Source: Stegostoma tigrinum
Taxonomy: Eukaryota
Direction: 5' to 3'
DNA length: 64,000 bases
NCBI RefSeq assembly: GCF_030684315.1
Contig: NC_081387.1
Location: forward strand, 2,088,497 to 2,152,496
In this document: in pieces, positions 50,160 through 62,690 of the stretch
Position numbering within the stretch: position 1 is the first letter of the stretch
How the letters are laid out: each line of letters begins with the position of its first letter
The notes under the pieces: generated by a model
Seen by the model: only the letters and a program-made list of their open reading frames with translations
The model's database searches: none
Told to the model about the DNA's origin: nothing
Translations under genes and position numbers: made by a program

Positions 50160-50472
50160 ATCAAAGATCATTGAATCTCTACAATGTGGAAACAGGTCAT
50201 TTGGCCCAACAAGTCTCAAGTCCATACCACCCCTCTGAAGAGCAGCCCACCTGACTCATTCCCCAACCCCTACATTTCCCCATGTCTAAGCCACCTAACC
50301 TAAATATCCCTGGACACCATGGGGAATTTTTAGCATGCCCAAGCCACCTAGTCTGCACATCTTTGGACTGTGGGAAGAAACTGGAGCACCCAGAGAAAAA
50401 TCACACAGGCACAGGGAGAATGTGCAAACTCCACACAGACTGTCACCCAAGCTAACCACTGAGCTACCGTGT
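50160..50472 (-). mobile_element. HE1-type V-SINE, decayed (another fragment on + at ~44470-44695)
   Basis: V-domain and tail similarity to 35762-36068; absent from the paralog at ~26230. Confidence 0.75.
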
Positions 50473-50731
50473 CCCCATAGCCACAGCATTGGGTAAGACC
50501 AGGCTTTTGTAAAAGGCTGAGGCATTCAGATTAAGAGATGTTTCATTTCATTAAAAGACATTTCAACTAATATACCTCTACAGATGAGAGCTGAATTGTT
50601 TCAGCAGTTACACAGAGAGGGAGGGCCAAGGCCATGGAAAGATTTGGAAATAAATGAGAATTTTAAAATGAGTTGCTGTTTGACCAGGCGAAAGAGGAAT
50701 TTAACAGGTACAGGGTTGTTTGGTAAATGGA

Positions 50732-51393
50732 ATAAAAACCAAACGAACTGCGTATCAGGAACTGAAACGGAAGTAGCGGAAAACCTCAGCGGGTCTGGCA
50801 TCGTCTGTGAAGAAAAAAATCAGAGTTAATATTTCAGGTACGGTGACTCTTCATCAGAACAGTGGTAGCTAAGAAAACATTGCTTTATTTGCAGAAGATA
50901 GGGAGGGGGGTGGAGTAGCGAGTTAACGATAGGATAAAGGATAGAGCCCAAAGAGAAGAGAAGAGCGGTAGACAAAGAAGTTGATAACGATCTGGCTGGG
51001 AGGATGGAGAGCTGTTCATGGAGACTATTAGTGACTAACAATAGGTTGTGTGTCACGGCAGGCTACCTGAAAACAAAGCCTGGTGTGTGGGGTAGGGGGC
51101 TGGGACATGGGAGCGTTTAGGCCTGAAAATTATTGAGCAAAATTGAGCCATATCATTATCAACACGTTTGTCTATCCAACTGCTCTTCTCTCTCTCTTTG
51201 GGCTCGATCCTTTATCCTATTGTTTGTCCCCAACCCCAGCCCCCTCCCTATCTTCTGCGTATAAACCAATGTTTTTCCAGATACGATCAGTTCTGAGGAA
51301 GAGTCACTGGACTCCAAAATGTTAACTCTGATGTTTTTCTTAACAGATGCTGCCAGACCTACTGAGCTTTTCCTGCAACTTCTGTTTTTGTTG
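50732..51393. mobile_element. Inverted-repeat Penelope-terminus element (family B) with 15-bp TSD
   Basis: Arms 50750-50990 and 51150-51393 are mutually inverted and flanked by TGTTTGGTAAA(T/C)GGA at 50717-50731 and 51394-51408. The paralogous empty site is at ~26463. Confidence 0.75.
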
Positions 51394-51453
51394 TGTTTGG
51401 TAAACGGATCTTGGTATCAGTTAGGAACTGGGGCAGTAGGGTTTTGGATGAGT

Positions 51454-51589
51454 GATAATGGGAACTGCAGATGCTGGAGAATCCAAGATAATAAAGTGTG
51501 AAGCTGGATGAACACAGCAGGCCAAGCAGCATGTCAGGTAGAGATGCTGCTTGGCCTGCTGTGTTCATTCAGCTTCACACTTTATTATC
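51454..51589. mobile_element. Palindromic Penelope-terminus mini-element with 17-bp TSD
   Basis: TAGGGTTTTGGATGAGT at 51437-51453 and 51590-51606; the empty paralogous site is at ~26506. Confidence 0.8.
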
Positions 51590-52812
51590 TAGGGTTTTGG
51601 ATGAGTTCAGATTCATAGACCAAGACAATGACAGCATCCAGGAAAACATTGGGAAAGTTGATGTCGGAGCCTACAAAGGTATGGATGAGGATTTTACCCC
51701 CAGTTGAAGTGAGGCAGGGTGTTGCTGGTCTTTCATGTGACTGAACTTGCACTCTTCTGGGCATCCTGTATCTGTTGCTGACCAATCTTGGGAAATGACA
51801 GTGAAAGCCAGGAATGGTAACACAGAACCCTTCATGGAAGTAGACACAATTACAGAGTAGTCCAGCTCCAAGAAAGAGGATAGGAAAAAGTTGTGACTGT
51901 CAGAGCTGCTAATTTTTTTGAGGTATTTTCACTGTTGGAACTGATTTCTTCAAACTCCAGGTGTACTAATTACTGTTGCATTGTTTCGGAACTTTGGGGA
52001 AAAAAGATCAAAACAATGGCACTTCGAAAAAGGAGGAAGGGAGATAAACGCAGTGACCACTTGGTGGGAATTGAATCGATACACCCAGCAGTGAACCTTC
52101 ATTGCTGCTGTCTCTGCTACTGGAGTTATAGTACCTCTGGACTTTGGAGTTCCTGGGTATTCTCATGTTACTCTTAACTGGGTATTCTCATGTTGCTCTT
52201 TGTAGTGACTTGCTGTGCCCACATTGAGTGCCACATTTCCCCCATTACAGCAGTAATCACATTCCAAATGTACTTCCCTGGGTAGAAAATATTTTGGGAT
52301 ATTTGGTGGTCATGACAAGTTCCACTGAAATGCAAGTCTTTCTTAAGATTGGTAGTTTGGAGAGGTTTGAAAAGACGTGCATCATCCCAAATATTGGTGT
52401 AGATATTGTGGGAAACAGTTTGTACAAAAAAGCTGCTTCCTCACTTTCCATCTCGTCACTTCGTCTTCAGTTCCGATGGGAAATGAAGCAGCTCTGGATT
52501 AGCAGAGATAAAGCAGACTAGGTGTATGTCTCCAAGGATGAAAAGAATGCTATTCACACACTAGGAACTTCTGAGAAACATTTACCAGGGGAACTGAGAC
52601 AGCAGCTGCAGTAAGTGAGGTTTTATTCATATGGGGCAATGACGAGTTTAAATCCCCACCTGATCTGGTGCTCAAACTCACTTCCACTTTCACTGGTCAT
52701 ATTCCCAAGCTTCAGGAAACTCATGTTGCTGCAGAAATATTTGGATTGGCTGTGAGAGACGTCAATCAGAGAGCCCACCCACTCTGCCCATTCTCTCCTC
52801 TTCCTCTTCCAG

Positions 52813-52857
52813 AGCTGGTTCACTTCCTATAGGGACTGAAAACCAAGTGAGGAGATG
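52813..52857 (+). other. Predicted 45-nt micro-exon of locus 4
   Basis: ttcctcttccAG|AGCTGG...GAGGAGATG|GTGAGT. Confidence 0.65.
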
Positions 52858-53289
52858 GTGAGTGAAGGAGCAGCTTTTATACAAATTGTATCCCATAATA
52901 TCCACACCAATCTTCAGGCAGTCTGACTATCCTGTGGGTAATCAGGGGTGGAAATGTCCCTTATGCTGTATGAGAAGATCCAGCTGAGAGAGCTGTTTAC
53001 TCGGTGCTTTGTGCTGAACTGTTTGACTGGAGCTGTGTGTTGGATATTGAGTGTGTTTATTGGAAACATTTCCCTCCTGATTTCTAGCCTGAGTTTTGTT
53101 GACGGATCATTCCTGAATATGAGGAGGTGAGGTGTCATTATCTGGGAGGTGCAGAGCGTCTTAGGGATTTCCTAGTGTTGCGTTCTGTGTATTTATTGGG
53201 AGCTGCTTGTTATCATGTGAACTGGGAATGGTCATTCTCTGTGTGGGAAGATGGATGATTCCACTGTTTTCAAATCCCTCTCAGACCAA

Positions 53290-54718
53290 AATGGACAAGA
53301 GGGCCAATCGTTGCTTACAATAGGAATTAGAGATAATATACGATCCAAGGTTGAAGCATACAGATTGGCCAAGAAAAATAATATCTGACGATGCTGAGCA
53401 GTTTGGAATTCAGCAAAGAAGGACCAAGCGATTGTTTAAGGAGAAAACACAGTACGATAATAAGCTTGCAGGGAACATAAAGACTGACACTAAGATTTTC
53501 TATCGGTTTGTGAAGAAAATGAAATTCATGAAGACAGATATAGGTCCCCTTCAGTCAGTCATGGTGGCATGTATAATAGGGGAAATGAAATGGCTGAGCA
53601 ACTGAATACATAGTTTGGTTGTGTCTTCACAAAAGAGGACATAAATCAAATACTAGAAATGTTGGAGAATGCAAGATTTAGTGAGAGAGAAGAATTGAGG
53701 GAGATCAGTATTAATAGAGAAAACAGTGCTGGAAAAATTGATGGGATTGAAGGCAGACAAATCCACAGGGCCTGATAATCTACATCCCAGAATATGTAAG
53801 GCAGTGGTGCTAGAAATAGTGGATGCATTGGTGGTCATCTTCCAGGATTCTATGGACTCTGGAACAGTCCCGGCAGATTGAAGGGTGGCTAATGTCACTT
53901 CACTATTCAAAAGGGAGGTAGAGAGAAAACAGGGTCTTGCAGGCCAGTAACCCTAACATTGATAATGGGGAAAATTGTTGAAACAGCTATCGAGGATTTT
54001 TTTAGTGGAGCATTTAGAAAGCACTGGCAGGATCAGACAAAATCAGCATGGATTTATGAAGGGGATATCATGCTTGACAAATCTGTTGGAATTCTTTGAA
54101 GGTGTAATTAGTAGAGTTGACAAGGGGAGCCAGTTGATGTGGTATGTTTGGACTTCGACACAGTCCTGCATAAGAGATTAATATGCAAGATTAAAGCGCA
54201 TGGGATTGGGGAAGCGTATTGAGATGGATAGAAAACTCATTGGTCGAGAGTAAACAAAAAGTAGGAATTAAAAACCAAAAGAATTGCAGATGCTGTAAGT
54301 CAGGAACAAAAACAAAGTTGCTGGAAAAGCGCAGCTGGTCTGGCAGCAGCTGTGAAGGAAAAAAAACAGAGTTAACGTTTCGGGTCCAGTGACCCTTCTC
54401 AGAACTTATCAAAAAGTATGAATTAATGGGTCCTTTTCAAATTGGTAGGCAGTAACTCGTGAGGTGCCAGAGGGATTGATGCTGGGACCCCAGTTATTCA
54501 CAATTCATATCAATGATTCAGATGAGGGAATAAAATGTAACATCATCAAGTTTGTAGATGATACCAAGTTAGGTGGGAGGGTGAACTGCGACGAGAATGA
54601 AGAGATCCTTCAGCACGATCTAGACTGGTTGGGTCAGTGCAGCCATGATTGTGATAAATGGTAGAGCAGGCTCGAAGGGCCAAATAGCCTCTTCCTGCTC
54701 TATCTTCTATGTTTGTAT
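53290..54718 (+). mobile_element. CR1-type LINE fragment
   Basis: QNQHGFMKGISCLTNLLEFFE, LGPQLFTIHIND and KFVDDTKLGG motifs. Confidence 0.8.
54272..54409 (-). mobile_element. Family B Penelope terminus inserted in a CR1 LINE, 17-bp TSD (1 mismatch)
   Basis: CAAAAAGTA(G/T)GAATTAA at 54255-54271 and 54410-54426. Confidence 0.75.
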
Positions 54719-55759
54719 GTAACCTCCTCAGAAAAACAATCAGAGACCTGCATCTGTATAGAACTTTTCAGGACCATGGGATATTCCAGAGTTTTATTAC
54801 AGCCTTTGGAAGCAGTTTTTCAAGTGTGGTAATTCTTGTCGTGGAGGAACAGAGCAGTATGTGTGCACAACAAGCTCTCTCAGCAGCAATGTCATGTGTC
54901 ACATGATCTGGTTGTCTAGTAGTTATATTTGAGCTGTACATCTGATCCGTAGAAATAATACGTTTTGAAAGAGAATAGAATTCTCAGTGACCTAAAGAAA
55001 AAAATACATCCCTTCAATCACTAACATTAAGTAATATACCCAAACTACAGTTAGACTTTGCACATCCTCAGTTTTGAAGGTGAGGTAAGATCATGGTTGA
55101 TGCCTTTCCACTGGCTTGCTGATGATCATGGAATGAGGGCTGCACCAGGCTGTGAGATTGTGGTGGAATATCATCCTGCTGCTGCTGATGGCTGACTGTA
55201 TTTCCCAGTTTTGGAATCTATCGATCGCCTACATTCCAAGTAACGATGAACATTGGCAAGTACTGACTCGTCAAATGGGCTGAATTGTAGTTTATGTGAA
55301 CTTGTTTGCCTTCAAGCCATGAGGGTCCATGGAGTCAATATTGTTAATCTATTGTCACAGTGATTTGACTGTCTTACCTGTGGATACATTCATTAAAATG
55401 TATTTAATGCATTTTATGAAGATTTCATGTTACGGCCTTGGCATTCTACCCTCAGCTGCTTTATAAGTGACCTTTGCTGAATTCTGTGGTGAGAATGGGA
55501 AGGTTCACTGAAATTTGTGCAACATTTGGCACCATTCACAACTCCTCAGATGTTAAAACATTCAGTGTCCACATGCAATAAGACCTGGCCAATATTCAAC
55601 CTTGCACTGATTTGTGGCAAGGAACGTTTACTTTAGTGAAGTGCCATATAATAACATCTGCAGCAAGACAGTCCAACCATCACCATAAGACTATAACTTG
55701 TAGGAGCAGAATGAGGTTGTTCAGCCCTTCATGTCTGCTCCCCCATTTGATCAGACCTG

Positions 55760-58700
55760 TTTACTTCCAATCTTCGCCATCTGCCAGTCAGTCAGTCCTC
55801 TGTTAATGCCAGTACTTTGCCCCTAACACTGCGGGCTCTTATTTGTCAGGCTCAAATGCAGCACTTTGTCAAAGGCCTTGTCGAAATCCAAACATATCAC
55901 AACCACTGAATCTCCTTTCTCTTCCTTACTCATTCTTCTTCAAAGAATTCTGACAGATTGATCAAGCATGACCTTCCCTTGATGAAGCCTTGCTGACTCT
56001 ACATTATTTTAGAATACACTTCCAAGTATTCTGCAATCTCATCCTTAATAATGGTATCCAAAATTTTACCAATGGCTGAGGTCAGGCAAACTGGCCTGTC
56101 ATTTCCTGATTTCTGCCACGTTCTCTTCTGAAACAGGAAGTGTTATATTAGCCATTTTCCAGTCATCTGGGACATTTCCTGAAAAATCAGAATTAGGACT
56201 GGAAGTAGTCAATGCAGTATTTCAAGCCCACTATGCCACTTCACATGATCATGGCTGATCTTAACCTGCTGTCAACTCCACTTTCCTACTTGCTCCCAAT
56301 AGTCCTTTATTTCATTTTTGATCAGAAACATGTGCACTTCTTTCTTGAATCTGTTGATGAATTTTGGCTCAACTGCACTCTGGAGCAGTGAGTTCCACAG
56401 ATTCACAGCCCTCTGAGAGAAGTAGTTTCTCCTCATCTCAGTTTGAACCTACTTCCTCTCATTCTATATCTGTGACCTTTTATTCGAGACTGTCCCACAA
56501 GAACGAACATCTTTCCCGCATCTATTTTATCAAAATCCTTTTTAGCATTTTATATACCTTAATCAGATCATCCACTATCAAGTCACTATTCTTCTGAACT
56601 CCAGAGAGTACAAGCCCATGCTTTTCAACTGCTCCTTTTGTCACTGGAGTCAACCTGGTGAACGTCCTCTGAACTTTCTCCTGTGCCACCACATCCTTCC
56701 TCACTTAAAAGCAGACCCATCCTGGACACAATACTCCAGGTGTGGTCTCACCAATGCCTCATTTAATGCGACAACACTTCATTACTTGTATATTCCACTC
56801 CTTTTGTCATAAATGCCAGCATTCCATTTGCTTTTCTGTGATATGCTGCACTAGCATAACCATTTTCTGTGATTCATGCACAAAGATGCCTGGATCTCTC
56901 TGTACTAGCACACTTTGAATCTGCTTTCCATTTGAACAATAATTTACCCTTTAATTTTTCTGGCCAAATTGGACAACCTCACCCTTATCCACATTAAACT
57001 CCATCTGCCAGTTCTGATGCATTCTCCTAGTCTCTCAATATCCACCTGTAAATTCTTTATCTCCTCATCACAGCCTGCTTTCCCAACTATTGTCAGATCA
57101 TCTGTGATGCATAACTCTCTGCCCCTGCTTGCAGATATAGATTATAAATAGTTGAGGTCCGAAAACTGATCCCTGTGGCACCCCACTAATTACAATTTGC
57201 CATCCACAGGAGGACACATTTATCCCAACCCTCTGCTTTCTGTGTTAGCTGATCTATCCAAACCAATACTCCACTCTTAACTCTCTCGAATCTCACTATC
57301 TAGATCTGTCTTTTAAGTGGCACCTTGTCAAATGCCTTCTGGAATTCTTGATAGACCACATCCACTGGATTCCTGTTATCCACCTCACTGGTTACATCCT
57401 TAAAGAACTCTCGCAAGTTTGTAAAGCATGATTTGCCTTTCATGAAACCTTGCCTGCACACAAAGGTTAAACTGGTCTGCAGTTTCCCTTTTTTTTGCCT
57501 ATCTACTTTTTTGAAGAAGGGTATCATGTTGGTGTGTTTTCAATCCACAGGTAACTTTCGAGAGTCTGGAGAATTTTGAAATATCATAATTAACGCATAC
57601 GCTATCTTGGCTGACACCTCTTTTAATACCCTAGGATGCAGGCCATCAGGTCCCAAGGACTTATCTGCCTTTAATCCCGTCAGTTTACTTCATACCATCT
57701 CCCAAGATGGAGCAATTCTACCATTTCCTTGATAATAACTGGAAGAGATTATTATCTTTGACTGTGAAAACAACAACAAATTATTTGTTTAGTGCCACTG
57801 CCAGTTCCGAGTTTCTCATTAGTATGTTGCCGTTTTCACTCTTGAAAGGGCCATCATTTACTTTCATTCTTATGTATGATCAATGTTTTTGTTATCACTG
57901 CGGAAGTTTTCCGTTTGTTTCCTTTATTCATTCATCTGAGCACTTTTAATTTTGGTTTTAGTCGCCCTTTGTGAACGTCTTCCAGAGTGCTACCAACTTT
58001 TTGCAGTAGTTAATGACCTAGATTTTGCCCTAATGTTGTCCTTCACTTCCTTGTTAAGCCGTGAATTATTTTTCACCTTTTTACAATTGGTCTTCCACTC
58101 AGGAATATACTTTAATTGAAAGGTATTTAGTATCTCCCTAAGCTTTTGCCACTGACCTGTCCTTTAATATTTTTGACCAGTCCACTCAGCCCAACACCTT
58201 CCTCCGACCTGTATAATTACCTTTGCCCAACACTTAAAACTCTCATGTGACTCTGTCTTCATTGTTTCAATCTGAATTTGAAACTCTAGCACATTGTGGT
58301 CACTCCTTCCAAGAGGATCTTTAACAACTAACCTTCCTCATTATGAAATACAGAATCTCAAATAGCCAGTCCTGTGGTTGGTTCCATGACATGTTGCTCT
58401 AAGGACAATCCCTGATACAGTCAATAAACCTTTTCTTGAGGCTACCCTCACCAAATTGATTAATTGAGTCATTGTTCAGATCACCAAAGATTATCCTTTT
58501 GCCCTTCTCAGAAGCTCTCATTATTTCCTGTTTTCTACTATGCTGTACTTCAGAAGTATTGTTCGCGGGGCCTATAAATTATTCCTCGCAATGGGTTTCT
58601 TTGCTTGCTTTTTATTTCCATCCAGACTGATTCAACATTTTTGCTCCTCGTGCCAGTATCGTTTCTTAATACAGCCTTGGTGTCATCCTCAACCAATCAA

Positions 58701-59995
58701 GCAACTCCACCTCCTGCTGCTATTTGTGTTACTATTTGGAATATTGAGTATCCTTGGACATTTAATTCCCAGTCCTGATCTTCCTCATAACTATGTTTCA
58801 GTAACCTATAACAGGTCATACCCATTTGCCTCCATTTGTGCCATCAGCTTATTAAGTTTGTTCTGAACACTGAGTGCATTTCAGCTCAAGGTTTTTAAAC
58901 AGTTCTACAGATTTAGCTTTCTCTTTTAATATCTTCTGGTGTACTACGCTTTCAACATTCTCCATCCTTCTTTATTGATCCCTTATAGTACTGAGCCTGT
59001 TCTCTATTACTTATCCCAACTTTCCACTCAGAGTTTGATCTTTTATGATTCCTTTCCTCACCATGGTTGTTAGGCTGTCCCTGACTGCTAACCTTATTAA
59101 CTGTTACCACCTGCTTACTTTCTAACCTGCTGCCTTGTTTCCAACCCCCTGCATCATTAATTTAAACCCACCCAAGTTGCACTAGCAAACCTCCCCACCA
59201 GGATGTTGCTGTCCCTCCAGTTGACAACCCATGCTTTTTGTACAGGTTCTAGCTGGCTTGGAAGAGATCCTCATGATCCAAACCTCTGAAACCCTGTGCC
59301 TGCACCAGCTTTTCACCCACATGTTAAGTTGTACAATTTTCTTATTCCTTGCTTCACTACCATGTGGCTGAGATTATCACTGTGGAGGTCCTGTTTTTCA
59401 ACTTACTACCTAGCTCCCTGAACTCTCCTTGCAGGACCTCCTTCCTATATCATTGGTACAAATGTGTTACATGACCTCGAGCTTCGGTGTGTCCTGTGCA
59501 TGCTCGGAGACATTTATGACCCTGGCATTAAGGAGGCAACACAGCATCCTGGAGTCTCATTTGCGGTCATAGAAAAGCTTTTCTGTGCCTCAAGCTATTG
59601 AGTCGCCAACTGCCACCGCTTGCCTGCACTTTAACTCGCCCTGCTGTACATCAGAGCCAGTTGTGGTGCCACTGTTCTCCCTACTGCTGTTGTCATCCTG
59701 TCTAAACTGGCCCCTGAACAATACCAAAGCAGTGTCGATTTGAGAGTGGGATGGCCATAGTAAAGCTCCTGCACTGCCAGTCCTTTGTGACTATTATTGA
59801 TCTGTCTGCCTCAACTTTAGGTGTGGCCACCTCCCCGAAGTGCCTGTCTATGACCCTTTAGATTTCCTGCACACTCCTAAGTGTGACTGTCTCCTGATCC
59901 GGTCGATCTAAGTTATCTGTTAAGTGCTGCGGCTGTACATACTTCCTGTAAATGAAGCCATCCGGGACAGGTGAACTCTCCCAGAGTTGCCACAT
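55760..59995 (-). mobile_element. Decayed CR1-type LINEs, including ORF1 and ORF2 remnants
   Basis: GFMKGKSCFTNLREFF, FQKAFDKVP and EKVQRTFTRL on the minus strand; ORF1-like MWQLWE...VPDGFIYRK and VGDSI at 59.5-60.0 kb. Confidence 0.75.
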
Positions 59996-60892
59996 GTCAC
60001 GGGTAGAGCATGTGATGCTCTGATTGCCATTTTCACCTTCAAGTTGTTGCTTAATTAAGTCAGAAGTCACACAACACCAGGTTTTAGTCTAACAGGTTTA
60101 TTTTAAATCACAGTCTTTCAGAGCATTGCTCATTTGTCAGGTGAAGGTTTTCAGAAGTGAGATAACAAGAGTTCAGGGGCATTATGTTCTGTGAGAGAAA
60201 GGCTAAGGCTGACAAGAGTAGGGAATAATGGATGAATGAAGATATTGAGGTTCTGATCAAGAATATGTAGGATAGGTATATATTAGGTATGGATAACTGG
60301 GATCCTGTGAATCTCTTGAAGAGTATTAGGGGTGTAGGGCCATTCTTAAAGGGGAAAGCAGGACGGTAAAAAGGGGATATGAGATCGCCTTGGCAGATAA
60401 AGCGAAGGATAATCTAAAGAAATTCTACATGCACATAATAAATGAATGCTTCACATCCTGACCGGATCAGGAGACAGTCACACTTAGGAGTGTGCAGGAA
60501 ATCTAAAGGGTCATAGACAGGTGCTTCGGGGAGGTAGCCACACCTAAAGTTGAGGCAGACAGATCAATAATAGTCACAAAGGACTGGCAGTGCAGGAGCT
60601 TTACTATGGCCATCCCACTCTCAAATAGACACCGCTTTGGTATTGTTCAGGGGCCATTTTAGACGGGATGACAACAGCAGTAGGGAGAACAGTGGCACCA
60701 CAACTGGCTCTGATGTACAGCAGGGCGAGTTAAAGTGCAGGCAAGCTGTGGCAGTTGGTGACTCAATAGCTTGAAGCACAGAAAAGCTTTTCTATGCCCA
60801 CAAATGAGACTCCAGGATGCTGTGTTGCCTCCTTAATGCCAGGGTCATAAATGTCTCCGAGCATGCACGGGACACACCAAAGCTCAAGGTCA
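59472..60892. repeat. Inverted repeat, 433-bp arms (59472-59904 / 60460-60892)
   Basis: Direct reverse-complement match with only scattered mismatches; 555-bp spacer. Confidence 0.9.
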
Positions 60893-62690
60893 AAAAAAAA
60901 CTGGGGAAATAAATATTGATGTCTTGAAAACAGTTCACATTACAGAAGAGGAAGTTCTAGAGGCCTTAAAAAACATAAAGGTGGATAAGCCTTCAGGACC
61001 TAATCGAATGTATCCCAGGATGTCATGTGAAGTTAGGGAAGAAATTGCAAGACCTCTTGCAGAGATATTTGTAGCATCTCCAGTCACGGGTGAGGTGCCA
61101 GAAGACTGGAGGGTGGCCATTGTTGTGCCTTTATTTAAGGAAGGCTGTGAGGAAAAGCCTGGGAACTCTGGACCCGTGAATCTGACATCAATGGTGGGTA
61201 CATTGTTGGAGGGTACTCTGGGAGATGGTATTTAAATGTACTTGGAGAGGCAAGGGATGATAATGGATAAGTCAGGACAGCTTTGTGCGCGGGAAATCAT
61301 GTCTCACAAACTTGATTGAGTGTTTTTGAGGACCTAATCAAAAAGATTGATGAGGGCAGAATAGTAGATGTTGTATACATTAACTTTTGCAAAGCTTTTG
61401 ATAAGATTCCACATGGTAGACCAATTCATAAAGTTATTCACATGGATTCAGGGAGATTTTGTCGCATGGACACAAAATTGGTTTGACAGTAGGAGACGGA
61501 GGATGGTGGTGAAGGGTTGCTGTTCAGACTGGAGGCCTGTGACCAGCAGTATTCCGCAGTGATCGGGGCTGGGTCCACTTCAGTTTGTCATTTTAATAAA
61601 CGCATTCATCTAAACTTTTTGAATGAGAATCTCAAACGCATGGTTAGTAAATTTGCAGATTCCACCAAAATTGGTGGTACAGTGGACAATGAAGAAGGTA
61701 ACTAAAGATTACAAAGAAAGAACTTACACAACACCAGGTGATGTCACTTGATGAAGGAACAGCGTTCCAATAGCTTGTGGTTTTGAACAAACCTGTTGGA
61801 CAGTAACCTGATGTCAAATGACTTTGCCCACCCCAGTCCAACACTGGCATCTCCACATCAGCATCTCAAAAAGATCTTGAACAATTGGGTCAATGGGCTG
61901 AAGAATGGCAGATGGAGTTTAATTTGATTTTTTGTGAGGTATTGCACTTTTGGAAAACAAACAAGAGCAGGGCTTATATGGTTAATAGTAGGGCCCTGGG
62001 TAGTATTGTTGCACAGAGAGATCAGGGAGTTAAGGTACAAACTTGTTTGAAATTTGCATCGCAGATGGACAGGTGGTTAAGAAGGCATATAGTTTGCTTG
62101 CCTACATTGTTGAGACCCTTGTGTATAGGAGTTGGGACATCATGTTGAGATCATTCATGATGTTGGTGAGGCTACATTTGGAGAATTGTATAGAGTCCTG
62201 GTTGTCTGCCGGAGGAAGCATATTATCAAAGAGTGTTCAGAAAAGGTTTACCAGGATGTTGCCAGAGCTAGGGGATTTAAGTTATAATGATAGGTTAAAT
62301 AGGCTATCACTTTTTAAAGTGATGCGTAGGAGGTTGCGAGATGACCTTTTGGATGTTTATAAAATCCTGACGGTCATAGATACTGTAAATACCAAAGGCG
62401 TTTTCCCTAGAAGGAGCGATGTGGGAGGTTTCTTAACTAAGGAGTATATTTTTAAGGTAGAGGAGCAACGTTTTCACTCAGAGGATGGTTTGTATGTGGA
62501 ATGAACTGTCAGAGGAGGTGGTTGATGTAGGTATAGATGCAGAGATTTGGATAGGTCCATGAAGAGGAAAGGTTTGATGGGAAACAGCCAACACTGGCAA
62601 GAGGGACTAGTTTAGTTTGGGAAACTTTGTGGGGATGGACTTATTAGACCAAAGGGTGTGTTTCTTTACTGAATGACTCCATGACTGTGT
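60147..62690 (+). mobile_element. CR1-type LINE, paralogous copy of 33405-35642
   Basis: GEVPEDWRVAIVVPLFK, KFADSTKIGG and VQKRFTRMLP motifs; same downstream flank as the 33-35 kb copy. Confidence 0.85.
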
